The notes below the pieces were generated by a model. That model searched no databases. It worked only from the letters and a program-made list of their open reading frames with translations, and was not told where the DNA came from. From Ramazzottius varieornatus (Eukaryota > Animalia > Tardigrada): a DNA stretch of 64,000 nt. How positions within the stretch are numbered: the first letter of the stretch is position 1; each line of letters begins with the position of its first letter. The translations under genes and the position numbers were made by a program. Positions 25,237-36,857 of this stretch are shown here, piece after piece. The DNA lies in NCBI GenBank assembly GCA_001949185.1, contig BDGG01000002.1, forward strand, positions 8,727,990 to 8,791,989. Reading direction: 5' to 3'.

Positions 25237-26990
25237 AGTAATGGAAAAGTGTTGCCATCCGTATCATACATTGGTAGCCAGATCGTGGCTTTTTTTTACG
25301 ATAATCTCGCTGCGAAACTGAAAAGTTTGCTTGAGTTGGGAACTAACCCATGTCATCTTCTTACATGGCGAGTGAGTAGGCCACTGCGCCACGCGGTTTA
25401 TTTTCAGTTATCGCAGCTCGATTTGTCCCTAAGCCTTTTTCAGACTTGGGCTTCCTATCATTACAAGACCGATGCCTGGCGCACCGATAACCAACGCGAA
25501 CGCAGCGGGTTGGGTGACAGTAGGCGGTGGACAAAATGGCGCCTAGTGGACGGCACCGGGGGCGTTCGTACTACATGACTATGGCCGAATCATAGATAGT
25601 AATGTTAAGACATGAAAAAGATGCGAATGAGAGGTAGCGAAGTTTTCGGTTGTTGTTGGATGCCAGAGCTAAGAGACTAATATGTCTTGGTGAAAACAGT
25701 CGACGTCTTCCGTATTCGACAAACACCTGGTGTTGTTTTTGTTAGCCACGAACTTGTTGAATCACATTTTCCTGCAGCTGCAAGAACCTTCGTGTTCCTC
25801 CGGTTAGTCACGAAAAAGCTGAATGCTGTAAATTAATTTGATTTTACAATTGTTTCGCTTCGGTTGGCTCGTACCTGTTTTTGTGTCAGCCAACAGTGAG
25901 CAGCGCTGTCGGCACCGGTACTTGTCAGCTCATAAATTTTCCACCATGTGCAAGTCATAACGGGAAACAGCGAAGTGGAGGCATCGTGGTTTCCGATGTA
26001 GGCCACAAGGGACTAAAGAGTCATTAATACTAATGTAATAACACTCTCTACACTCTCGCGGGAGAGCTCAGTAAGAATGGTGTTGCGGACAATATAAGGT
26101 CTTCGATTGTGTCAAACGACAGATCTCCTCATTCCTGGCAGGTTAGATAGCGATAAGGACACACACTTTCTCTCTCTCTCTCCGCCCAGTTTTGTGCCTG
26201 ACGGCAAGGTTTCCGCATTCATCACCAATATTCCTCCTCACGACGAGCTGTTTATGTCGCAAACGGTTGATTTAGAATTTGAGTTTGCTTGATCATCGGA
26301 AATTAGTCGTGAGTGAGACAAAATTGCGTTTTTCGGAAGTCTCGAAAACGGGAGCGGAAATGCGCGAGTTTTGCGGGGTAGGTTTGTAGGCAAAATCTGC
26401 CTCCTGATTAGGCTGAAATTCATGGTTTTCTCTCTGGCTAGTCTCTGTCTGTCGATAACCCCGAGACTAATAGGTATCAAGAAGCCCGTATCTCGCAACA
26501 TCAAGAACTACGCAGACAGAGATCAGCTGAGAAAGGAAAATTTGAGATTTTGAGTTAAGTGTGCAGAGAATAATCCGTTTTCGCTTTCAAGATAAGCCAC
26601 TCGAGGGCTGCTTATCTTGAAGGCGAAACTTCGTAATCCACTTTCAGGATCAAGACAATCAACGGAGTTTTACGGCCTGTCGTGAGGAGGACTAATGCCA
26701 TTTCACCGGTTTACAACTTTCACTTTTGACGGAAAACCGTCGGACATGACAAAGATGCCGTGAGCGGTCGTGCTTCTCGAATTGTTTTTCTCGCTTCCTC
26801 TTGTTGCCAAAGGCGCCGCGGGCCCCGTGTGTCTCTCACTTACTTTCATGAACGGCGGCTTTCTGTAAACACTGAATGCGCCTTTATTGTTCCTATCTTC
26901 GCAGTGACCCGATCAGGTAATACTCTTGAAACGATTGAAAGTCATAGGGGAGTGGATCACGGCGGTGAAGCTTTGTTTTCTAGTACAAAG

Positions 26991-29900
26991 ATGGCCAGAA
27001 ACAATGGCGGCGGTGAGTGGATCAACAGTACAAGTATGGGAGATACGGGAGGGAATGCAAGCAACAGCACGACGGTGGCGCCGCTGGTGGCCAGTACCTT
27101 GGCTAACGGTCTCTTCCTGCCACTGGACACGGGCTCGCCCTCCACTGGGTTCATTATCTGGGGTTCCGCCCTCGTCTTTATCATGGTGCCGGTATGTCTG
27201 CTACAAACATGTTATAATTGCTGGGTCAGGGCCAAAGAAGCCCTGCTGAAAGAAGGAAGGATGTCTTGCGTTTGCATTGCAGGGTCTGGCGCTCTTTTAC
27301 TCTGGCCTGTCCAAATACAACAATGCATTGTCCTTGATGATGCTCTGTATGTTGACCATGGCCGTTGTGACAATCCAATTCTTCCTCTTCGGCTTCAGCC
27401 TGGCCTTCTCGGAGACTGGCGGTCCCTTTATCGGCGATTTCAGAGCTGGAGCCCTCAACACGCTGGCCACGCACGCCTTCCCACACACCGCACCCCAAAT
27501 ACCCTCCGTGGCCTTTATGCTCTTTCAAATGCAGTTTGCCACCATCACTGCCGCCCTAATCTTCGGCTCTGTACCTGAGCGCACCCGCTTCGTCCCCGGC
27601 ATGCTCTTTATCTTTCTGTGGACCACCGTTGTTTACGACTTTGTAGCATATTGGTAAGTCATTGCAAGTCCCCTTTTTCGTCGGGCCTTTTGCCGTAACG
27701 TACGAGTAATATCCTTCCCGCTTCGTCATCGCATGAACAAAAGAGATCGCAATAACGTGCCGTTAAATTACCAAGTTACTTTGACAATCCTATTGAGCCT
27801 TTGACTCACCGTCGTCCTGGCAGAGGCCTTTAATATTTTCTCATCGTTTAGAGGCTTTTATGCCCATCCGTCGCCTCTGCCAAGGCGACAGTGAGTCGAC
27901 TATCATAATATTATGGCAGGGTTTCGTCTGTCCATCGCATCCCCGGTGGACAGAGGAAACCCTGTCATAAAAGCCCAGTTGCGACGTGAGGACTATACCT
28001 TCTGTTTTACAACTGTATTTATTACCTCGATGCTTATATGGTCCTGCTTCAACCGAATAGACTGGCCAATTGAATTGCATAATCAGGTTGCACGTCCACC
28101 CTTTATAATTTTGGTTTTGTTTTGGCAGGACATGGGCCGACCACGGGTGGATTCGCAACTTTGCCTGCTTGCCGGTTTCTCAAACGGCAGATCCATGCTA
28201 CAACGGAGCCTATGATTTCGCAGGTGGTCTTGCATCTACCTTGCATGACGTTGGCCCCGATGATATCGACGTATCTTCATCTTTGTAGGAGGCGGGCCAG
28301 TGCATATTGCTTCGGGGTTTGCGGGGTTGGCCTACTGTCTGGTGGTGGGAAGGCGGAAGCTGGTCCACGTCGAGCATCACTCGCTGGTCAACGTCATGTT
28401 GGGTACAGGCATCCTCTGGTTCGGTTGGTTTGCCTTCAACGGCGGATCGGCAGGGGCGGCCAACACCAGGGCGGCCATGGCAGCCACCGTCACAACCATT
28501 GCTGCCGCTACTGGTGCTGTCTCCTGGGTCTTGTACGACTACATCTTTACCAGAAAAGTATCGGCTCTCAGTTTCTGTTCGGGTGTCGTTGCTGGCCTAG
28601 TTGGTATTACACCGGCATCCGGATTTGTGGCTCCATGGTAAGTTAGTTGATGGGCCACTTTCAGCGCTAATGACAGGGCTATGACAGGCTGCGGTCATAA
28701 ATCATGTTCTGACTTTGGTCATTCGACGTTTATCCACCACCCATGTGCTTGTGACCATTTTGCGAGCACAAATGAACTGAAAAGAGTACAGTCTAGGACA
28801 GGACAGGATATCTCGCCTGTCTCGACAGGCCTGAGTCAAGTTTCACCAAACAACGCCTGGAGCCTTTGACATAAGACAAATGTTGCCATTAAAATACAAT
28901 ACACAATAACAAGCACGTGACATTTCAAGGTTACCTTCTTGAGCATATAATACTATGTATGTATTATATAGGTATGTATACCAAGATTCTGCAGCTGTAC
29001 TGTCTGTGCTCTTTATAGGTGCGCCATTGTCATCGGATTTATCGTGGCAGTGGTCTGCAACAGCTGGGTTCGCTTTAAGAAACGACTGCATTTTGACGAC
29101 TCCTTCGACGCCTTCAGTGTCCACGGCTGCGGTGGCATCGTCGGTAATATCTTGACAGGCATCTTCGCACAGAAATGGATTGGCAAGTATTGGACTTTCC
29201 CCGACACTCGGTCGATGACAGGGATGGCTTTGCCGCCAAAGACTGAATGAATGGCAAAATTCAATGGTTAATGGTTAGGCTTGATAATTAGGCAAGTTGG
29301 ACGGTACGGATATTGACGGTGGTTGGCTGGAGGGCAATTGGATTCAAATAGCTTACCAACTGGGTTCTTCAGCCGCCATTGTAAGTACCCACTACTCGAT
29401 GTACTGTCCTACTTTAGTGGCAACAGGAAAGCCATCATTCGCAATTAAGTCTGACAACTTTCGCTCAACAAGCGTACGTGTTGGCTCTCTCCGACTTGAT
29501 CCAGCCGAACGAAGCGAGGCGTACTTGAAGGGAGAGTTGGGCAATATCAAGTTTGACCACAAAGGAATGGCGATTTTCGGGGCAGTCGTCTTGTTGCCAC
29601 AGCTGTAGCCATTGGCTGGAGGGTGATGGCCAATCAGGCTGTGCGCACTCACATTGACGATTCATGCACCCACATACAGACTCCTTGCAGACAGTCCAGA
29701 CGTGCTGTATGTAGGCTGGATGCAGACGTCCCTTTAGACCCCCACCTCTAGCCTACATACGCACACCAAGTTTGGACTATCATTGCAAGTACGTTCACCT
29801 CCAGCCTGTGAAACGCTGAGGTTTTTCTAGATGCTTGTGGATTCTCCTTCTGATTGGGGGTTAGCTGAGCTGGGCTTTCCAGTGGTGTGCCACTTGCTAG

Positions 29901-31046
29901 TTGATATTTATTAATTATGGTTATTCTGCAGGCTGCGTGGTCCTTTGTTATCAGCTTTATTCTGCTGTTTGTCATCAACAAAATTCCTGGACTGCACCTG
30001 CGTGTTTCGGACGAAGATGAAACAATCGGGGGTGATTATGCCGAGATGGGCGAGGTAATCACTGTAGATAATTCCGTAACACCAGTGGTAAAGAGGGTTC
30101 TTGTTGACGGTACTTCTTGACATTTTACCTGTCGATGAAGAACGTTCAGATAAGCTTTTACGACTTGCACCTGGGTGCTGGCGGACGGCTCGCACCTGCA
30201 TACCTAACGTCCCCAAAGCATGTCATTTGGGGTGAGGTGGCACTTTGCCAAATTGCTGGCAGGACAAACTTGGCTCCCCAGGTGTACATACATGAGGCCT
30301 ACTTTCGGCGAGTTTGAAGATTTGCTTGATATCGCAGGCACGTTATCAAATAAATGTGGGGAACGGGGAAGAAATGCGTGCCTCCGAACTTGACTCTGCC
30401 AGCCGCCATATCATTCGATGCGTGACACGCTGTCAGGCAAATATTGAAAGCTGACGGAAATACCTGTCAAACTAGGATCGGAATAGTTGCACTTCTGGCT
30501 GCCCTTAGTGAAGAGAGCCGCCCGGCACTGGGTTTTCAAATCGATTTTACCCACTGACCGTGATGTTGCCGGCCAATTTTGATTCAAATTTAGATGGTAG
30601 CGATGAAATCTGCCTAAATTTCAACACTGATATCTCTGTTGCAAAAATAAGCGCTCGTTGATGTAAAATATCTCGTCTATTGTACCCTCAAGTGCGATAG
30701 ATGGTGTTGCACATCGGTAACGTTTTCGATTTCGATTTGATAGGTCGGTTACATGCTGGTTATTTCCGAGCCTGGAGCAGAGGCCTCGATACAGGACCAG
30801 GAAGCTTTCGGAAGCATCAACCCCGTTGGAAGCCGTCTCGATGGCAAACGAGTTTCCATGGGAGATATCCTGACTAATCGCGAGCGCATACGGACACTCT
30901 CAACCGACTCCAACAGAAGAAACGGAAACGGAAACGGCACCGCATCGGCAAGACACAACGGAGGGTTTGACAGCACGGAACCTGGGCTGCACATGACGAC
31001 GTTGCCGCCTAATACCATCGACTACGTCAGGAAAGCCGATTTCTAA
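26991..31046 (+). CDS. amt: Ammonium transporter, MEP/AMT2-type; exons 26991-27191, 27283-27653, 28129-28223, 28289-28637, 29019-29182, 29292-29380, 29932-30054, 30744-31046
   Basis: Motifs LVFIMVPGLALFYSG, FQMQFATITAALIFGSVPER, DFAGGGPVHIASG (His1), LWFGWFAFNGGS, AGLVGITPASG, DDSFDAFSVHGCGG (His2) and GGDYAEMGEVGY. Splice phases are consistent. Confidence 0.95.
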
Positions 31047-31337
31047 TTTTCAACAATAGCTTAGCTCTTCGTCCGACCATCAGAACCCATTCGGAACGCA
31101 ACCATTTGAATTTTGCTTCCATTTTAACAGACACGTACGTGCATTTACATTCGAAAAGCATTACCAGTTCATGCATATACAATAGACCCGTAGGAATTTT
31201 TTCGAGGGAAAAGGCGAGTTATTCCCGAAACCACACTTCCTATTCTATTTCAAATTTGTCACTGTTGCAGTCTTATTCCACCAAATTTTGTAGAAAGGCT
31301 GGAAGAAGCTTGGGTGTGTTTGGTAATGGAGCAGAAG

Positions 31338-33646
31338 TTAGAGCCAGACTGGGAGTATTATTGTCTCGTTCCTTACGGCGTGAAGACTGTTGCTATGAAG
31401 AGACTTGCTGGAGGCGTGGGCCGTCAGCAGGTGGCGCTGCGAAATGGGCGTTACCACTGTGTTATGGACACTATCAGTACTGATGCTATCCTTCCGGTAG
31501 CGGTAGCCTGTGCCATTCTGCAAACTAACCAAATGCCCAGAAAGAAGGTCAGCGGAATAACTTGGGGACGACAGCTTTGATGGTCGACAGTCTTTTCCCT
31601 GCTGAATGACACAAGACGGGTCAAACTGAAGAAAGTGAAGGTGCTATAGATATCGACAGCCCGCAGAAACTATGACATAGCTTACCTTGATTTCATCTAC
31701 TCTTTCCATCTTTAGTCTTTGCACTTCCTTGGAGGCGTAATAGGATAAGACGATTTCGCACATGGCGGAAGCCTGCCAAAAACAACAAGTGCTTTTGGAT
31801 GGGTTGGTAGGGGGAAAAACACTTGGGCAGAGGAGCTTACCAGTCCCAGCAAGCCTAGACTAGATCCCAGATGTAAGGCGAAATCCACGAGGGAAAATTT
31901 GCCGGCTTGCCCGCCGACCAAGAAAACAAAACGGATACCCCAGTACTTGATGACGTCTCGATGGTTCACTCCGCTGCCGTCGTTGAAATAGTAGGCGTGC
32001 CTGCAAATGACCAAATGTCCAAATGCCTGCTCTACCGCGGCACAGCTTGGCTACTACTAATACCTGAAATTCCAGCCCTTTGCAATTTTGTCGTTGCTGT
32101 TGTCCAGCCTACGAAAGGAGTAAGAGGGGACACAGGCCTCAAGCCCGTGATCCAGGTTGCAGTGCCTATAATTAAGCAAAGCCTTTATTCCACACATTAA
32201 AACTCATAACAAACTGGGGAGTTTTTTCTACATGATTAGACAGCCAACATAGTGCATTGAAGCTGGTGCACAAAATAAATTACCAATCGATGTGAAAGCC
32301 GATGATGCCGCCCTGTAACAATTTAAGATGAAGAATTGTATGGCAGATTGACTGACCTTGAAAGTTGACAAAGGGGAATGTTCGGAATTACCGGCGGAAA
32401 CTGACCCTAATCGCCAGTGTTTCCATCGACTCATTGGCAAATCGAACAATGTCCAGCAAGTTGAAAATGGGGCAGATGGGATCCTTCTCGGGATGGAAAC
32501 GGCAGCTCTGAAGGTACTCTTGACTGAAGTGCTTTAGTATATTCCGCCTGCGCCACGGAAAGAGTGTTGTATTGGTCAGTGTTCAGCGGCTGCTTGTCGC
32601 CACTTGAAAGCGACTAACCTCTTGACACCAAAGTTGGGAAAGACGATATGGTTTTTGACGAGGATGGTAATGCTTTCGTGTCCTGTCAGAGTTGCCGTGC
32701 TGCGGACAAATGAAGGCCGGATATGTTATCGTGTAATTACCAACTGCTCATATCAAAGAGGGGATTGAACGTTACATGCTGTTTATAGTCAAGTCCGTTG
32801 ACGTTACTTGATGACTTTAACTTAGGGAGTACACATCTTTGCAATTAGACTAGCCTAAATATAGAAAAGTTAATTACCGTGGTGTGCTGTCAATTTCGGT
32901 GGGACACCAGCCGGCAATCTCGCAAGTGCCGCTTTGCTTGACGCAGCGACCTGTCCTAATGCCGTTTCCGTATAGCGTCGGCTGGTTGGCCGGACACTGG
33001 CCATCGTTGGTACACTCGATGCCTGCCGAACCGACATTGATGTCTTCCGGGCAGATGCCGTGAGATTGATTCCGCGTCATCAAGACGTTGGTGGCGATGA
33101 AGAAGGCACCGCTTTCCTAAATGGAAATAATTATACAGATGTGGTCCTGACCATTTACGCGCCAGTGTACCTGGGCGGGGACCACAAAGTCGGTGCTGTC
33201 CCAGATATAGCGTACGCCGCTGTTGTTGTAAGACAGAACTCCTTTGACTTTGGTGACGACGCTGCTATTGACGTAGTCGAAAGTCTGGTAGCTTTTCATG
33301 ACGATAAAGACATACCTAGCCAGATACGATGAAATCATGCGGCCAGATTAGGATAGATACCGATGGAACGATCTATGGGCAGCAACAAATGTAAATAATT
33401 ACGCGATGACGTAGACCAGAAGGAGCAGCTGGATGAAGCGGTACATGATACCGATGTGCCGTGTTCGCATCGTCAGCAAGCGTGGAGTTTCATATCTGCC
33501 ATATAGAAAGTCAGTCAAGCTAGGCAGCGATATCTATCCGCCAGAATGTCCACAATATGTCTGACTTACTGGAAGAAGAAGGAATTAGTAAAACGAGCCA
33601 GAGGCCTACCAATGCCCTTTGACAATTTTCTGGCAAGCGACTGCAT
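31338..33646 (-). CDS. P2RX: P2X purinoceptor (ATP-gated cation channel), multi-exon
   Basis: N-terminal YETPR, TM1 GIMYRFIQLLLLVYVI, SSVVTKVKG, WDSTDFVVPAQ, ten ectodomain Cys (GICPE, TGRC, TCEIAGWCPTE, CNLD and others), GWNFR, IKYWGIRF, GQAGKFS, TM2 and YYASK. Confidence 0.95.
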
Positions 33647-35548
33647 GGCCTTTTGGTAACGGACACCAGCAGAATTAAGGATCGTTGCGACAATTTCCCG
33701 CACAGAATATTTGTACGGTATCATCAAGAGGGTCTACGAGGAGCCGAATGGGGAATGGTTGTTGGACATGATCTGCACACGAATTGTAAAAGCAACAGTA
33801 ACCAACATTGTCAAAGGAAGCTTTGTGGAGCAGTATTAGTCTCGAATTGCCGGGTCACAACTGCGGCACTTTCCTGTAGGCCGAAGAGCGCCGTCTTTCA
33901 CTCTCACGTTCGGGCCGCAGTCCGACCGGCTCCAACATCAACATTTGACAGCTCACAAAGACAACAACGATTGTCACTGACGATTTGTCGAAGAGATAAA
34001 CTCTTGGTATGCATGAGAGATTTGTTCTTGATGGAAAATAGTCCAAGAGAAGCATACGAGACTGATACTCATCAAGCGGAAGAATGTAATCTAGCACTCG
34101 CGCCAGCCTCAGCTTCCTCACAAAATGCCCGCTCGCCATCATCTCTTCGGTCCAGTCTGAAACTGTTGTCTGAACTTGAACTTTCTTCATTATTCTAATG
34201 CGTTCCTCGACGTTGATCAACTGTAAAGAGATAATTGCACAACTTCGACAGAATGCTCTGCCAGCATCGTATCGTACTCACGGAATCCGTCCTCATCATA
34301 CAGTAGTTCTGATGCTTTTGCAAATACACTATTGAAAATGCATCCCTTTCGGCGGTCACGTGGTCTTATAACATTAAGCAATGGTAACTTACGTCACCTG
34401 TCCACCGGAAGGGATGCATTTTCAGCGCTGTACCTCAAAACTCTGGAGAAGCGGCGCACAACAAGATCGGATCTGCAAACGTCCGCCTTGGTGAAAAGAA
34501 TGACCAACAGCAGCCGCCGAAAATGATTGTGACAAAAACTATATTGGGTGTTTTCCTGTGGGAATTGTTCGGGCAATTCTTCGGGTGCCACGATAGGTGG
34601 CGCTGCACAGTGCCATCTCCGCTGCGGAATGCCAACAGGTGGCGCTACATAGAGCGACCACATGACACCACCAGATGTCGCTTCGTTTCCGCACTGACCG
34701 CTGGCACTTGGAAGTTACTGACAACATGACATTATTTAGTTTTCGGAGACAAAATATTCTGACTTGCCACAAGTGTCTGCAGGAGCAACTCCAGACAGTC
34801 AAGACTAAATACTTCAAACATGAATTTAAATTTCGATGATGCTGCGACCCGCTGGTCTCTCTTTAATTTTCAAAAATTCCACTATAAGTTTTGACAAAGA
34901 CTTGGGCTCGTCTTTACTCAGCACGATGGAATTACACGATTCAATTGATTTGAATTGAATCAATTTTATTTGAAATTCCGACATTATTTTAAACTATCCG
35001 GATGTTATTTTATATTAATTATTCATTCGCTGGGCCTTTTGTCGCTTGCGACCTAAAGACTGGGTTTCCGGTCCAGCTTGCTTGCTTGCGTCGAATGGCA
35101 GATCGGTATCGCATCGGTCTGAAGAGCAACGTTTTTGATGTCTAGACGCCACAACATCACCAACAGTTTTTGGCGTAACCTGAGCAAGAACAAACTCCAG
35201 AAAGTGTGCTTTACCTAAAAAGAGTACGATAATTAATATTACAACGTGGTCGCTTTTGGCTTTACCGCCTTTACGCCAACGATTATCTGCGTGTTGTTGC
35301 AGCGAGGATCAGGAAGAAGGGTGGGGAGTTTCCCCCCTTTGGGCAGGTCTTCCGTGGGCGAGAGTGCTTGATCGTGCTGACAAAAACGTTGTCTGGCCTG
35401 GTGGAAAGGCGTGAAACGTGATGTTAAACTCCTGTGTACGTACAACGCGCGCCATCACGTTTGGAAAACCGCAGCGTCGACAGAGTGGAAAGAGCCCAAG
35501 GTAGAAAAGTAGGCGGAGCATCCAGGCACCCCTCTGCGCGCGTCTCAT

Positions 35549-35649
35549 TGACGTCACAAGAGGAGCAGGCAAGCGAAGGCGGTATCCGGGCAATTTCCCC
35601 AGCTGATCTGTCTGTTTTAGAGAGCGGCACAGGCCAGCCGGTATAAAAG
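35549..35649 (+). promoter_or_regulatory. Core promoter of the Gly-rich gene: CRE palindrome and TATA box
   Basis: TGACGTCA at 35549-35556 and TATAAAAG at 35642-35649, ~120 bp upstream of the ATG at 35770. Confidence 0.55.
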
Positions 35650-35769
35650 TCAAGATCAAGGCTGCAGTCCAGCACTCACTCGAATATTGCATAAAACGGC
35701 CTTGACTCGCTCCCTCTCTCCAATCACTTTCCAAGTCTCTTCTTACAGAAAGTTCCCTCAAGCCTCAAT

Positions 35770-36857
35770 ATGTCGTGGAACCGAGGAAACGATAGCGGCT
35801 CGTCGGGCAACTACGGCGGATCATCGGGCGGATATGGAGGATCGTCCGGTGGAGGATACGGCGGACACGGGGGATCCAGCGGTGGATACGGAGGCAGCTC
35901 CGGCAACTACGGTGGATCGTCCGGTGGAGGATACGGTGGATCGTCGGGCATGGGAAGTGGCCACGGAGGCTATGGCGGATCGTCTGGTGGATATGGTGGA
36001 AGCTCGGGTGGTGGCTACGGTGGATCGTCTGGTATGGGCGGAGGATACGGTGGCAGCTCAGGAGGATACGGAGGCAACTACGGTGGATCGCATGGAGGAG
36101 GTATAAATGCCCATTTGATTTGTCTTTGTCTGTTCTTCCTCGTTTGTCTCGTATGCTGATGCAGCTTCCTTGTTTCTTGCAGATCGCTCGTACGGATTCT
36201 CTGGTGATCGATCGGGCAGCAGCGGAATGGGTGGTGGTTCGTCTGGAGGTTACGGAGGTTCGTCTGGAGGTTACGGAGGTTCGTCTGGAGGTTACGGAGG
36301 TTCGTCTGGAGGTTACGGAGGTTCGTCTGGCGGTTACGGAGGTTCGTCTGGCGGTTACGGAGGTTCGTCTGGCGGTTACGGAGGTTCGTCTGGCGGTTAC
36401 GGTGGATCCAGCGGGATGGGTGGTGGTTACGGCTTCTCGTCTGACCGCGACCACTCTTCAGGCGGATACGGAGGTTCGTCCGGAGGTTATGGTGGACACG
36501 GAGGATCTAGCGGTGGATACGGCGGATCATCTGGAGGATATGGGGGATCTTCGGGTATGGGTGGAGGACACGGCGGTGGATATGGCGGATCGTCAGGTAA
36601 CTACGGAGGTTCCAGCGGCGGTTATGGTGGTTCGTCTGGTGGAGGATACGGTGGATCGTCCGGCATGGGAGGTGGACACGGAGGCTATGGTGGATCGTCC
36701 GGTGGATACGGTGGATCCAGTGGCGGATACGGAGGTGAGTTACGGTGTTACGTTGGTTACAGACCAGTTGTCTCACTTGCGCCCTGTTGACTGAGCCTTC
36801 AAGCTTCCTTCTCTGATCTGATTTATTTTCTTCTCAGGATCCAGCAACCGATACTAG
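35770..36857 (+). CDS. ~300-aa Gly/Ser/Tyr-rich repeat protein (GGSSGGY units) without a signal peptide; exons 35770-36100, 36183-36734, 36838-36857
   Basis: [22 protein letters not shown]...GGSSNRY*. Two phase-1 GT-AG introns; synonymous third-position variation among repeats indicates this frame is coding. Confidence 0.9.
36236..36403 (+). repeat. Coding 21-bp tandem repeat, 8 units
   Basis: ggttcgtctgg(a/c)ggttacgga, four units with a followed by four with c. Confidence 0.9.

Noticed and set aside
26991-31046. Bacterial contamination as the source of the Amt gene
   Set aside because: The gene has seven spliceosomal introns and is contiguous with animal genes.
35687-36794. Alternative-frame and antisense ORFs (VTEVRLE and RRTSVTA repeats)
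   Set aside because: These are shadows of the 21-bp Gly repeat; third-position variation and splice sites support only the GGSSGGY frame.
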